Below, in pieces: positions 8,895 to 17,435 of a stretch of DNA of 40,271 bases. Position 1 is the stretch's first letter; each line of letters starts with the position of its first letter. The position numbers and the translations under genes were made by a program. Source of the stretch: Anaerolineales bacterium (GTDB taxonomy: Bacteria; Chloroflexota; Anaerolineae; Anaerolineales; DRMV01); contig JALSPJ010000117.1 of assembly GCA_026985995.1 (NCBI GenBank), forward strand, positions 1-40,271. Reading direction: 5' to 3'. The notes beneath the pieces are model-generated. The model saw only the letters and a program-made list of their open reading frames with translations. It searched no databases and had not been told where the DNA came from.

Positions 8895-10808
8895 TCACAC
8901 TTCCTCGAAACGCTCGACGGGCAGCACGAACGCGTTGACGCCGCCGATGACCACCCGCCGGGGGATGGGGATGGGCAGGCCGGCCTTCCAGGGCTGCAGG
9001 GCCCAATCGACCCGCCGACGGCACACCGCGTTCAGGGTTTCCACCAGGCGTTCCAGCTGCCCCTGGGGAACCGGCAGCAACAACACGGTGCGCTTTTGGC
9101 TCAAAAAGCCGCCTTCGGCCGGCAGGTCCACCGCGGGCACGCCCAGGCCTTCCAGCGCGGCCATGGCCCGGGGCAAATCGTCGTGGTGAATGACGGCCGC
9201 GGTGAGCGCGGTGATGGGCGGTTCGTCAGGGCTGCGGCGCAACCCCCGGCCCGGCCACGGCGGCACCGCGGCGTCGAGCACGGCCTGGTCCAGCTCGGCC
9301 ACTAAGTCGTGATACACCTCCTCCGACAGGCCGCCGGCGATGAGCAAATCGTGCAGCGCGGCCCGTTGGGCGTGGAAGGCTTCTTGTTGGGCCAGGCGCA
9401 ATTCCTCCAGGCCCAGCAAAGGGTGCTGTTGCAGCAACTCGGCGATGGCCTGCTGCAAACGCAAACGCCGCTGGTTCAAAATGGGCTCAATCTGGCGGAA
9501 AGTGGCCTCGGTGAGCACGCCTTGCTGGTACAGGGTGCGCACCCGTTCCAGTGCGGCCTGAGCGGCGCGCAGCCGGGCCCGCAGGCGCTGGAGTTCCCGC
9601 TCCTCTTCCGCGTGGCCAATGAGGCCCAACCGATGGATGAGGGGTTCGATGGTCAGGCCCTGCACCAGCAGGGTGAACAGCACCACGCCAAAGGCCAAAG
9701 CCTGCAACAGGCCCCGCGCCTGGGCGCCCAACACCGCCGGCAGGCCCAGCGCTAAGGCCAGCGAGATGGCCCCCCGCAGCCCGCCCCAAAACAGCACCGC
9801 AGCCCACCGGGGCGGTAGGGCCCGCCGCAGCACCGCGCTCAGGCCAAAGACCAGCACGAAGCGGGTCACCAGCACCGCACCAATGGCCTGCAACACCGCG
9901 TAGCGATATTGCCACACCAGCCCCAGGTCCACCTCCAGACCGATGAGCAAAAAGACGAAAGTGTTGGCCAGAAACGCGGCATATTCCCAAAAATTGAGCA
10001 GCGAGATGCGGGTGGTGGGGGTCATGCCCCGGGGGCCGATGTTCCCGGCAATCATGCCGGCCATGACCACGGCCAGCACGCCGCTCACATGGAAGAATTC
10101 CTCCGCCACCAGATACGCGCCATAGGCCAGCACCGTGGTCAGGGTGGTCTCGATGAGGTGGTCGTCGACCCGGGCGATGAGCCACGAGGCCACCAGGCCC
10201 AGGGCCAGGCCCACGAACAGCCCGCCCCCGGCCACCTTGCCGAATTCCACCACCGCGGGGCCCAGCAGGAACTCTTCCGCGCCCTGGGTGCGCACAACCT
10301 GGGCCAACACCAGGTTGAACACCACAATGGCCGTGCCGTCGTTGAACAGGCTTTCGCCCTCGAGCAAAATTTGCAGCCGTTTGGGCGCGCCCAAGGCCCG
10401 AAACAAGGCCACCACGGCCACCGGGTCCGTAGCCGACACCAGCGCGCCAAAAACCAGCGCCACGGGCAGGGAGAGGGTCTCGGGCATGGAGAGGGAGAGC
10501 CACCAGCCCACCATCCAGGTGGTGAGCAACACGCCGGGCACGGCCAGCAACAGCACCAGGCCCCACTCCCGGCGCAGCTGGTCGAATTTGATGTGGAACG
10601 CGGCCTCGAACACCAGGGGCGGCACCAGCACCGCGAGGATGATTTCCCCGCCCAGGTCGATTTCGATGTCGGTCAGCAGGGTGAGGGCCAGGCCGAAGAG
10701 CACCAGGCCTACGGTGTAGGGCACCCGCAGGCGCTTGGTCAGCAGGCCGACGAAAATGGCCAGCAGCAGCAAGCCCACGATGGCCATTTCCACCTGGATG
10801 AAGGGCAT
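8895..10808 (-). CDS. NhaP/CPA1-type Na+(K+)/H+ antiporter with coiled-coil linker and C-terminal DarA/PstA-like (DUF970, PII-like) domain
   Basis: Start MPFIQVEMAIVGLL at 10808, preceded by GGAGGAGG. TM core with SATDPVAV and ESLFNDG motifs. The last 106 aa align by eye to B. subtilis DarA (GGFL.., ..IGGVNAFVLPVERFEEV versus VGGATVFVLPVDEFHQF). The upstream 250 aa of the 886-aa ORF are R/G/P junk overlapping the next gene. Confidence 0.85.
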   Translation of the reverse strand: MPFIQVEMAIVGLLLLAIFVGLLTKRLRVPYTVGLVLFGLALTLLTDIEIDLGGEIILAVLVPPLVFEAAFHIKFDQLRREWGLVLLLAVPGVLLTTWMVGWWLSLSMPETLSLPVALVFGALVSATDPVAVVALFRALGAPKRLQILLEGESLFNDGTAIVVFNLVLAQVVRTQGAEEFLLGPAVVEFGKVAGGGLFVGLALGLVASWLIARVDDHLIETTLTTVLAYGAYLVAEEFFHVSGVLAVVMAGMIAGNIGPRGMTPTTRISLLNFWEYAAFLANTFVFLLIGLEVDLGLVWQYRYAVLQAIGAVLVTRFVLVFGLSAVLRRALPPRWAAVLFWGGLRGAISLALALGLPAVLGAQARGLLQALAFGVVLFTLLVQGLTIEPLIHRLGLIGHAEEERELQRLRARLRAAQAALERVRTLYQQGVLTEATFRQIEPILNQRRLRLQQAIAELLQQHPLLGLEELRLAQQEAFHAQRAALHDLLIAGGLSEEVYHDLVAELDQAVLDAAVPPWPGRGLRRSPDEPPITALTAAVIHHDDLPRAMAALEGLGVPAVDLPAEGGFLSQKRTVLLLPVPQGQLERLVETLNAVCRRRVDWALQPWKAGLPIPIPRRVVIGGVNAFVLPVERFEEV

Positions 10809-10810
10809 GG

Positions 10811-13255
10811 CTACGCCTCCTCCGCGGGCCGGGTGGCGGGCTGCCACACCCACGCGCCGCGCTGCCAGCGCAGCACCCCGCGCGCGTCGGCCGGCAGGCG
10901 CACCTGCGCGTCGCCCGGGCCGTGCACGGTAAGGCCCTCGCGGGTGCGGGTCAAGCGCCAGCCCCAGCCGCGCACGGTCAACGGTTCGGGCCACCACGAA
11001 GACCCCCGCACCCGCAGCCAGCGGGGCGCGACCTCCAGCCCCGCCACCTGCAACACCGGCCCCAGGGGGGGCAACGCGCTGATGGTATCCCGCCCGCCTT
11101 GGGGGGCGCCGGTGCGCGCGTCCCAGGCCTCGGGCAGGCCCTGGGCTTGGGCCATGGCCCGCCAGTGGGCCTTGGCCAGGCGATACAACAACGCCGCGGC
11201 CGCGTCCCGAAAGCCGTACAGCCACAACCCTTCCACCACTTGCACATTCCACAGCAGGGTCACCGCGCGCCACGCGGGGGGCGTATCTTGCCGCTGGCCG
11301 GGCACGATGGGCAACCCCCACGCCTGGCCAAAGCGCCGGGGGGTGACGATGGCGCTCTGCACCATGCGCGCCGCGTCGTCGGGGGTGAGCATCCCGGCCC
11401 ACAGGGGAGCCAGCAGGGTGATGTCGCCGGCGTGCAGGTCGGGCACCAACACCCGCCAGCGGTCCGCGGGGGCCAGGCCTTCGACCACCACTTCGGCCAC
11501 CTGCTTGAGGGGAACCGGCGCGGTGGCCACCCCCCGGCCGGCGAACCAGCGCCATTGGGCCGCGTCCAGGGTGAGGGCGGCCAAGCGGCCTTTGTCATCC
11601 CGCCCGCGCACAGTCACCCGAGCCGCGCGGGGACGCTGGTCCGCGCTGGTCACCTGCACCACCAGCCGCACCGGCGGGTCGAAGGCCAGGTCCACAGGGC
11701 GACGGCCCGGCCCCCGACCCCGGGCCACGCTGCGCCCCGGGGGGCTGTGGTGCGTATCCCGGTCCCGGTGGTGGGGGTAGCCCCGCTGAGGGTCCCACAC
11801 CGTGGGCAACAGCGCCTGCAGCGCGGCGCGGCGTTCGGCCCAGGCGGGGTCCGCCGGCTGCCCCGCGGCCCGGGCCAGGTCCTCCAGCGCCGCGAGGCCA
11901 CGGTAAAGATAGGCCAGCGCCGCGGGGGTTTCCAACACCCGCAAATCTACGCCGGGCGAAGCCGGTTCCCACCCCGCGCTCAGGGGAAAAGCGTCCAGCC
12001 CCAGCTGCAGGGGGTGCTGCCATTCAGGCCAGCCGTCCTGGTCCACATCGCGGTGGGGGTCGAACCAGCGATGCATCAGGGCCCGCAGCGCGGGGAACAC
12101 CCGGGCCGCGAAGCCCCGGTCCTGGGTGCGGTGGAACGCGCGCCAGGCCAGGTCGACCAGCAAAGGCGAAGCCAGGAAGCGCCCCCGCTGGCCGCCCAAG
12201 CCAGGGCTGCCGTCGATGAGCCCGGGCTCGGTTTGGGTGTGGACGAAATTCTCGACCCAGCGGGTCACCTGGTGGGGTTCGGCCCACAGGCCATAAGCCA
12301 CGGCCGCGTACCACGCTTCGGCCACCGCCAGGCCGCTCCAGGCGAAAGGGTGGTCCGCGCCGGTGCCGGCCGGCGAAAAGCCGTGGTCCGGCTCCCGGGC
12401 CCGCACGGGGAAGGGATGAGGCAGCGCGTCGGTGGGGCCGTGGAGCAACCGCAGGGCGAGCTGGCGGCCTTGTTCGGCCCACCAGGTGGCGTGGGGGTTG
12501 CCGGGGAACCCGACGCGCGGCGCGCGCTCATCGCTCAGCCGCAAGCGGGCGATGATGGCCTCCCAGGGCCGCGCGGCCCACCGCCGGGCTTCGGTGAGGG
12601 CCTGCTCGGGGTCCGGGGCCCACACCAGCACCGCGGTAAACCCCCGGGCCTGGTCGGGCTCCAGGGTCAGGTTGATTTGCAACCCGGGGTAGGGGCTGAG
12701 TACCGCGGCGGGGTCGCCGGTGAGGAAGAGCACCAGATGCCGCTCGCCGACCCGGGCCCGCAGCACATGCTGCCCGCCCCGCTGCCAGGGCTCGAAGGGG
12801 GCGTCGGTGGCGGTCAGCGGTTGCAGCACCGCGGCCCAGGCCCAGCGCCCATGCCAGGGCTGCGCGCCGCGCCAGCGCCACTGCAGCCGCAGCCACAGCA
12901 CCCGGGAATGCGCCACCCAGACCCACAGGGTGCCTTCCAGGCGGGCGATGGGCTGAAACGCCAGGCGGGCGTAATCACCGCCCCAGGCGTGCAACGCGGG
13001 CGGCTGCGCCCAGGCCGTAGGGTCTTGCCAGCGCTGGCCGGCGTGTTCCACCCAGGGGAACAGGTGCAGCCCGTGCACCCGCACGCCCGCGGAAGTGCGC
13101 AGGCGCAGGCCCCCGTCGGGCCCGGCCGCGGCCTCGAGGGCCCACACCACATCGTCGGCATACACCGCGGCGCCGGCGCGCGCATCCGCGGCCAGCACCA
13201 GGGGGTGGGCCGGCAAAGGCCGGGGGAAGGCCGAAGCCTGTTCGGGCGCAGCCAT
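10811..13255 (-). CDS. Large hypothetical protein, probable (alpha/alpha)6 glycoside-hydrolase-like fold (GH63/MGH1/trehalase-like)
   Basis: Long ORF with coding-like composition. C-terminal half shows QDGWPEW, FGQAWGLPIV and LLWNVQVVEGLWLYGF, reminiscent of the GH15/37/63 clan. Function is tentative. The stop lies 2 nt before the antiporter ATG. Confidence 0.55.
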   Translation of the reverse strand: MAAPEQASAFPRPLPAHPLVLAADARAGAAVYADDVVWALEAAAGPDGGLRLRTSAGVRVHGLHLFPWVEHAGQRWQDPTAWAQPPALHAWGGDYARLAFQPIARLEGTLWVWVAHSRVLWLRLQWRWRGAQPWHGRWAWAAVLQPLTATDAPFEPWQRGGQHVLRARVGERHLVLFLTGDPAAVLSPYPGLQINLTLEPDQARGFTAVLVWAPDPEQALTEARRWAARPWEAIIARLRLSDERAPRVGFPGNPHATWWAEQGRQLALRLLHGPTDALPHPFPVRAREPDHGFSPAGTGADHPFAWSGLAVAEAWYAAVAYGLWAEPHQVTRWVENFVHTQTEPGLIDGSPGLGGQRGRFLASPLLVDLAWRAFHRTQDRGFAARVFPALRALMHRWFDPHRDVDQDGWPEWQHPLQLGLDAFPLSAGWEPASPGVDLRVLETPAALAYLYRGLAALEDLARAAGQPADPAWAERRAALQALLPTVWDPQRGYPHHRDRDTHHSPPGRSVARGRGPGRRPVDLAFDPPVRLVVQVTSADQRPRAARVTVRGRDDKGRLAALTLDAAQWRWFAGRGVATAPVPLKQVAEVVVEGLAPADRWRVLVPDLHAGDITLLAPLWAGMLTPDDAARMVQSAIVTPRRFGQAWGLPIVPGQRQDTPPAWRAVTLLWNVQVVEGLWLYGFRDAAAALLYRLAKAHWRAMAQAQGLPEAWDARTGAPQGGRDTISALPPLGPVLQVAGLEVAPRWLRVRGSSWWPEPLTVRGWGWRLTRTREGLTVHGPGDAQVRLPADARGVLRWQRGAWVWQPATRPAEEA

Positions 13256-13272
13256 GGGCCCAATGCCCTGGA

Positions 13273-13587
13273 TTACAGCGCGGCCATAATGCGCCGCTCG
13301 GCCTCTTCGGGGTCCAAATCCAAAATCGAAACCAGCTTATTGCGGCCCGTGTGCCCGGCCACGATTTCGATGTTGCCTTTGGGCACCCGCAGCAAGCGGG
13401 CCAGAAAGCGAATGAGGGCCTCGTTGGCCTTGTTGTCCACCGGCGGCGCGGTGAGGCGAATGCGCAGCGTGCCGTCGTCCAACACCCCGGCCAACTCATC
13501 GCGCGCCGCCCGGGGAATCACCCGCACGGTCAACGCGGTGCCCCCACGACCGTTATGAAACTCGAACCGCCGCTTCTTCAAAACCAT
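13273..13587 (-). CDS. DUF167 (YggU) family protein
   Basis: 104 aa; LTVRVIPRAARDELAGV..LRIRLTAPPVDNKANEALIRFLARLLRVPKGNIEIVAGHTGRNK is the canonical DUF167 pattern. Start taken at MVLKK, not the 242-aa ORF start. Confidence 0.85.
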   Translation of the reverse strand: MVLKKRRFEFHNGRGGTALTVRVIPRAARDELAGVLDDGTLRIRLTAPPVDNKANEALIRFLARLLRVPKGNIEIVAGHTGRNKLVSILDLDPEEAERRIMAAL

Positions 13588-13628
13588 GGTGATGCCTCGC
13601 ACGAAAGAAGTGAGGCCGGTGCCTTGCC

Positions 13629-13889
13629 TCAAAACAGCAACAACAACACGCGAATGAGGAATTGACGCACCAGGCCGATGAGGATGATGAGCACCAGAGG
13701 GCTGAAATCCAGGCCGCCGATGGGCGGTACCACCTGCCGAATGGGCGCCAGCAGGGGCTGCACCACCCGGCCCAACGCCCGCCGCCACGGATGCCATGGC
13801 GGGACGAAGAAACTCAGCACGGCCTCCAGAATGACCACCAAAATCAGACCATCGGCAATTAAATTGATAAGCCAAATCAACAACGACAT
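13629..13889 (-). CDS. yggT: YggT family membrane protein
   Basis: 86 aa, two TM helices; ILEAVLSF..PW.P....L..V..PLL.PIR...P.IGGLDFSPLV pattern. Conserved neighbour of DUF167. Confidence 0.85.
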   Translation of the reverse strand: MSLLIWLINLIADGLILVVILEAVLSFFVPPWHPWRRALGRVVQPLLAPIRQVVPPIGGLDFSPLVLIILIGLVRQFLIRVLLLLF

Positions 13890-13921
13890 GCTTCAACCCT
13901 CCGATGCATAAAAGCGGCCCT

Positions 13922-13930
13922 ATTGTACCA
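13922..13930 (-). promoter_or_regulatory. Extended -10 promoter (TGGTACAAT on minus strand) for the yggT operon
   Basis: Reverse complement of attgtacca, about 33 nt upstream of the yggT ATG, which has its own GGAGG. Confidence 0.45.
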
Positions 13931-13955
13931 AAACCCGGCTCGTCGCGCGGGCTCA

Positions 13956-13964
13956 TGGTATAGT
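13956..13964 (+). promoter_or_regulatory. Extended -10 promoter-like element (TGGTATAGT) pointing into the repeat region
   Basis: A rare AT-rich match in a GC-rich spacer. It would start a transcript near 13971 that runs through both 50-nt repeats. Confidence 0.35.
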
Positions 13965-14010
13965 ATAGTCGGTTCGCGGCTTGACTGCCGCGCGCCCTCA
14001 TCCTCGCCCC

Positions 14011-14060
14011 CGTAGGGGAGGAGGAACCTGGCCGCCGCGAGGGGCCGGAGCTGCATGCAG
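14011..14060. repeat. 50-nt GC-rich repeat, copy 1 (hairpin-forming)
   Basis: cgtaggggaggaggaacctggccgccgcgaggggccggagctgcatgcag; 46/50 identical to copy 2, which lies exactly 170 nt downstream. Flanked by C-rich runs (tcctcgcccc / cccctccccc) complementary to its G-rich head. Confidence 0.75.
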
Positions 14061-14180
14061 CCCCTCCCCCTTACGAAGCTTGCTTTTATACACATCGCGC
14101 CGTCGAGGGTGAAGAGCATTTGCCAGGGCCGAAGGGACGGGTGCGGCTTGTCAAAACCCCTCCCCCTAACCCCCTCCCCT

Positions 14181-14230
14181 CGTAGGGGAGGGGGAACCGG
14201 GCCGCCGCGAAGGGCCGGAGCTGCACGCAG
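14181..14230. repeat. 50-nt GC-rich repeat, copy 2 (hairpin-forming)
   Basis: cgtaggggagggggaaccgggccgccgcgaagggccggagctgcacgcag. Preceded by cccctcccct, giving a perfect 10-bp hairpin CCCCTCCCCT-cgt-AGGGGAGGGG (14171-14193). Outer cccctccccc / ggggagaggg could also pair. Confidence 0.75.
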
Positions 14231-14426
14231 GGGGAGAGGGATTTTGAGCCCCACGGCCGCGCCAACGGCCCGCCGCCAACCATGGTGGCGAAGAAGTGTA
14301 TAAAAGTTGTAAGGAGGAACCACGCCGGTCCGGGTCAACCAAGCGGGCCCGGCGATAGGGCCAAGGCCGAGTCGGGTGTCGGGTTCCCCCTTTGGCCAGC
14401 ACGACGCCGTGGCCTGGAGGTGGATT

Positions 14427-15350
14427 ATGGCAATGGACAAGCCCGTCATCATCGCCGGCGGCACGGGCCTCATCGGTCGGGCGCTCACCCGCGCGCTGCG
14501 GGCCCAGCATGTGCCCGTGGTGGTGCTCACCCGTCGCCCTGAGGGGCAACGGAGCCAGCCAGGCCTCACCTTCGTCCGGTGGAACCCCGACGACCCCGCG
14601 GCGTTGCAGGCGACCCTGGCCGGTGCGGCCGCGGTGGTCAACCTCATGGGCGCTAACATCTCCCAGGGCCGCTGGACCGCGCGACGCAAAGCCGAGCTTT
14701 ACCGCAGCCGGGTGGCAACCACGCGCGCCCTGGCCCGGGCCGTGGCCGCGCTGCCCGCCGACGCCCGCCCCCGGGTCTTCCTTCAGGGCTCCGCGGTGGG
14801 CTATTACGGCGACCGGGGGGAGGAGCCCATTACCGAAGAAACGCCCGCGGGCGACGATTTTCTGGCCCGCCTGTGCGTGGATTGGGAAGCCGCGGCCCAG
14901 CCCGTGGCCCAGGCCGGGGTTCGCCTGGTGGTGCTGCGCACCGGCGTGGTGCTGTCCCGGGAAGGCGGCGCGCTGCCCTTGATGCTGCGCCCCATTCGCT
15001 GGTTCGTGGGCGGCCCCTTAGGCGATGGTCGCTTCTTCCTGCCCTGGATTCACATCGCCGACCATGTGGCCGCCATGCAATTCCTCATGGAACACGCTGC
15101 GGCCAGCGGCCCCTTCAACCTCACCGCGCCCAACCCGGTGCGCCAACGGGAATTCGTGCGCCAGGCCGCGCGGCTGTTGCACCGCCCGGCGTGGCTGCCC
15201 GCGCCCATGTTCGCGTTGCGCCTGGCCTTAGGCGAGCTGGCCACCGCGCTCACCGCCAGCCAGCGGGTGCTGCCCGCCCGCCTGCAGCAGCTGGGCTTTC
15301 GGTTCCGGTTCCCCACCCTGGAAGCCGCGCTGGAGGACCTGCTGGCATGA
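14427..15350 (+). CDS. TIGR01777/YfcH-like NAD-dependent epimerase (SDR fold with DUF1731 C-terminus)
   Basis: MAMDKPVIIAGGTGLIGRAL Rossmann motif; C-terminal RVLPARLQQLGFRFRFPTLEAALEDLL is typical of DUF1731. ATG 14427 preceded by GGAGGTG. Confidence 0.8.
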   Translation: MAMDKPVIIAGGTGLIGRALTRALRAQHVPVVVLTRRPEGQRSQPGLTFVRWNPDDPAALQATLAGAAAVVNLMGANISQGRWTARRKAELYRSRVATTRALARAVAALPADARPRVFLQGSAVGYYGDRGEEPITEETPAGDDFLARLCVDWEAAAQPVAQAGVRLVVLRTGVVLSREGGALPLMLRPIRWFVGGPLGDGRFFLPWIHIADHVAAMQFLMEHAAASGPFNLTAPNPVRQREFVRQAARLLHRPAWLPAPMFALRLALGELATALTASQRVLPARLQQLGFRFRFPTLEAALEDLLA

Positions 15351-16492
15351 CCGCGCCCCAAGTGTGGTTGCTGGACCTGGACGGGGTGCTCATCGAACCC
15401 CTGGGCTACCGGCGGGCCGTGCAGGCCACGGTGTTGCACTTCGCCCACCGGTTGGGGCTGGAACCCCCGACGCCCACGGACCCCGACATGGCCGCGTATG
15501 AGGCCTACGGCATCACCAGCGAGTGGGACATGACCCCGCTGATGCTGGCCGCGCTGCTGGAAGCCGCGCTGGCCCAGGGCTGGGAGCCGCCCCCCACGCC
15601 GCCCGAACCGGCCGCACCGCCTGTGCCGCGGGAGCAACGCCGACCCGTGCCGGCGGTGGATTACCGCGCGCCGGCCACGCGGGTGGCGGCCACGCTTCCG
15701 CCGGGGGCCTTCCCGGCTGCCCACGCGGGGGAACGCCAACGCGGGCCGCAGCCCCTCTTCCCCCGGCTGGCCGGGCTGCCGCGCTACAACCGCTGGCTGT
15801 TCGCCCACAGCCGGGATGTGGGGCGCTCGACCCTGACGCGCGCGTTTCAGCATTATGTACTGGGCCCCCAGGCGTTCGCCGAGACCTATGGCCAGCCCCC
15901 CGATTTCGACACCCCGGCCTTTTTGGCCACCTACGACCGCCCCCTGCCGCCCCAAGCCTGGCTGCGGGCCGCGCTGCAGGCATGGCGTGCCGGGCGTCTG
16001 GCCCTGGCCGTGATGACGGCCCGTCCTTCGCGGCCCCCGGGCGCGGGCCAGGGCTACGCGCCCGAAGCCGAGCTGGCCCTGGCGCGGCTGGGCTGGCCAG
16101 GGGTGCCCCACATCGGCTACGGGCATGTGCGCGCCGCGCACGCCCAAGGCGAAGGGCTGCTCAAGCCCCATCCGGTCCACGCGCTGGCCGCGCTCCATGC
16201 GGCCCTCAACCCCCAGGCCGCCCATCACAGCGTGGCCTGGGCCCAAGCCCTGCTGGAAAGCGGCAGTGGCGACGGCCTGCCGCCCGCGCTGGACATTACC
16301 GTGGCGGAAGACAGCCCCCCCGGGCTGCACGCGGCCCGGGCCGCGGCCGAGATGCTGCAGGCGCGCGGGGTGCGGGTGCGTTTGCGCCTGGTGGGCGTGG
16401 CCGGGCACGAAGCCAAGCGCCGGGCTTTGGCCGCGCTGGGCGCGCGGCTGGTTCCCCGGGTGGATGCAGCCCTTACCCCGCCGGGCCCATAG
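15347..16492 (+). CDS. HAD-superfamily-like hydrolase (long cap region)
   Basis: ATGA overlap with the upstream stop. N-terminal VWLLDLDGVLIEP (DxD motif I) and C-terminal ITVAEDSPPGLHAARAAA (motif IV-like). Specific function unknown. Confidence 0.6.
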   Translation: MTAPQVWLLDLDGVLIEPLGYRRAVQATVLHFAHRLGLEPPTPTDPDMAAYEAYGITSEWDMTPLMLAALLEAALAQGWEPPPTPPEPAAPPVPREQRRPVPAVDYRAPATRVAATLPPGAFPAAHAGERQRGPQPLFPRLAGLPRYNRWLFAHSRDVGRSTLTRAFQHYVLGPQAFAETYGQPPDFDTPAFLATYDRPLPPQAWLRAALQAWRAGRLALAVMTARPSRPPGAGQGYAPEAELALARLGWPGVPHIGYGHVRAAHAQGEGLLKPHPVHALAALHAALNPQAAHHSVAWAQALLESGSGDGLPPALDITVAEDSPPGLHAARAAAEMLQARGVRVRLRLVGVAGHEAKRRALAALGARLVPRVDAALTPPGP

Positions 16493-16511
16493 CCCCGGCT
16501 CGGGCGTGCGC

Positions 16512-17360
16512 TCAGCCTCCCAGCAGGGCCGGGGGAACCCAAAACGCGCCATACCCCGCGGCCTTGGCCGCCAGGGTTCCCCCCAACACCAGCAGCCCCA
16601 AAGCGATGAGCGCGTAGTCCGCGGGGCGGTAGCGCAGCTCCACAAGCCAGGTGCGGCGGGGTTTGGCGCCAAAGGCCCGCAGGTCCATGGCGTCGATGAT
16701 GTCCTCGCCGTTGAGGATGGCCTGGATGGTCACCGGCACGATGAGGGGGGCCAGGTTGCGGATTTGCCGGATGAGCCCGGCACCTTTGCGTTCCAGCTCG
16801 TAGCCCCGAGCGCGTTGCGCGTCCAAAGTGGTTTGGAAATCCCGGGCCACCGAAGGCACCAGGCGAAAGGCCAGGTCGGTAGCCACCGCGAATTTGTCGT
16901 TCAGCCCCAGGCCCCGAAAGGCCACCCCGTAGTGCGCGGGGTGAATGGTGAAGGGGATGAGCAGGCCCAAGGTGGCCAGGGTGAGCATGCGGGCGAATTG
17001 GGCCGCGGCAAAGACCACCTGCTCGACGCTGATGACCCAGCGCCAGGGGCCTATGGCGAGGGTAAACAGGGGGTGGGTGGTCTGGTAGGCTTCTTCGCCG
17101 CCCCGGCCGGTGAGCGCGGTGATGAGCACCAGGAAGGTGATGAGGGGCAGCACCACCAGCCAGAAGCGGCGGGTTTCCTTCCAGGTGAGCCGCGCGGCCC
17201 GATAGGTCAGCAAGGCAAAGGCCAGCCAGGCCAGCAGCCAGCGCAAATCCCACACCAGAATGACCGCCAGCATGGCGCAGGCGGTGAAAATGAGGCGCGC
17301 CCGGGGGTCCAGGCGTTGAATGAGGGTATTGCGGGGCTTATAGGCCCAGGTCACCAGCAT
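16512..17360 (-). CDS. ecfT: ECF transporter transmembrane (T) component, CbiQ/EcfT family
   Basis: LDPRARLIF.., multiple TM helices, AQRARGYELERKG coupling-helix motif. ATG at 17360 with GGAGG 9 nt upstream. Confidence 0.8.
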   Translation of the reverse strand: MLVTWAYKPRNTLIQRLDPRARLIFTACAMLAVILVWDLRWLLAWLAFALLTYRAARLTWKETRRFWLVVLPLITFLVLITALTGRGGEEAYQTTHPLFTLAIGPWRWVISVEQVVFAAAQFARMLTLATLGLLIPFTIHPAHYGVAFRGLGLNDKFAVATDLAFRLVPSVARDFQTTLDAQRARGYELERKGAGLIRQIRNLAPLIVPVTIQAILNGEDIIDAMDLRAFGAKPRRTWLVELRYRPADYALIALGLLVLGGTLAAKAAGYGAFWVPPALLGG

Positions 17361-17435
17361 GGGGAAGGCCTCCGGTGCGGCCGGGCCGCGGGTCGGTTCC
17401 CCCGCCACCCCACGACCCGGCCGCGCGTTGCGGGC

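Noticed and set aside
10809-11555. Upstream 250 aa of the 886-aa antiporter ORF; likewise 4304-4711 for dinG and 13588-14001 for DUF167
   Set aside because: These extensions overlap neighbouring genes or spacers and are low complexity. Each is followed by an internal ATG with a strong GGAGG and the start of the recognisable domain.
9909-13558. Plus-strand ORFs 9909-11780 (623 aa) and 10922-13558 (878 aa)
   Set aside because: They lie antisense to the antiporter and GH-like genes. Their composition is dominated by G/H/Q/R/P runs and no recognisable domain is present.
14011-14230. Possible CRISPR array
   Set aside because: There are only two repeat copies, the 120-nt spacer is too long, the repeats are 50 nt, and no cas genes are present. 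It fits a REP/MITE-like element better.
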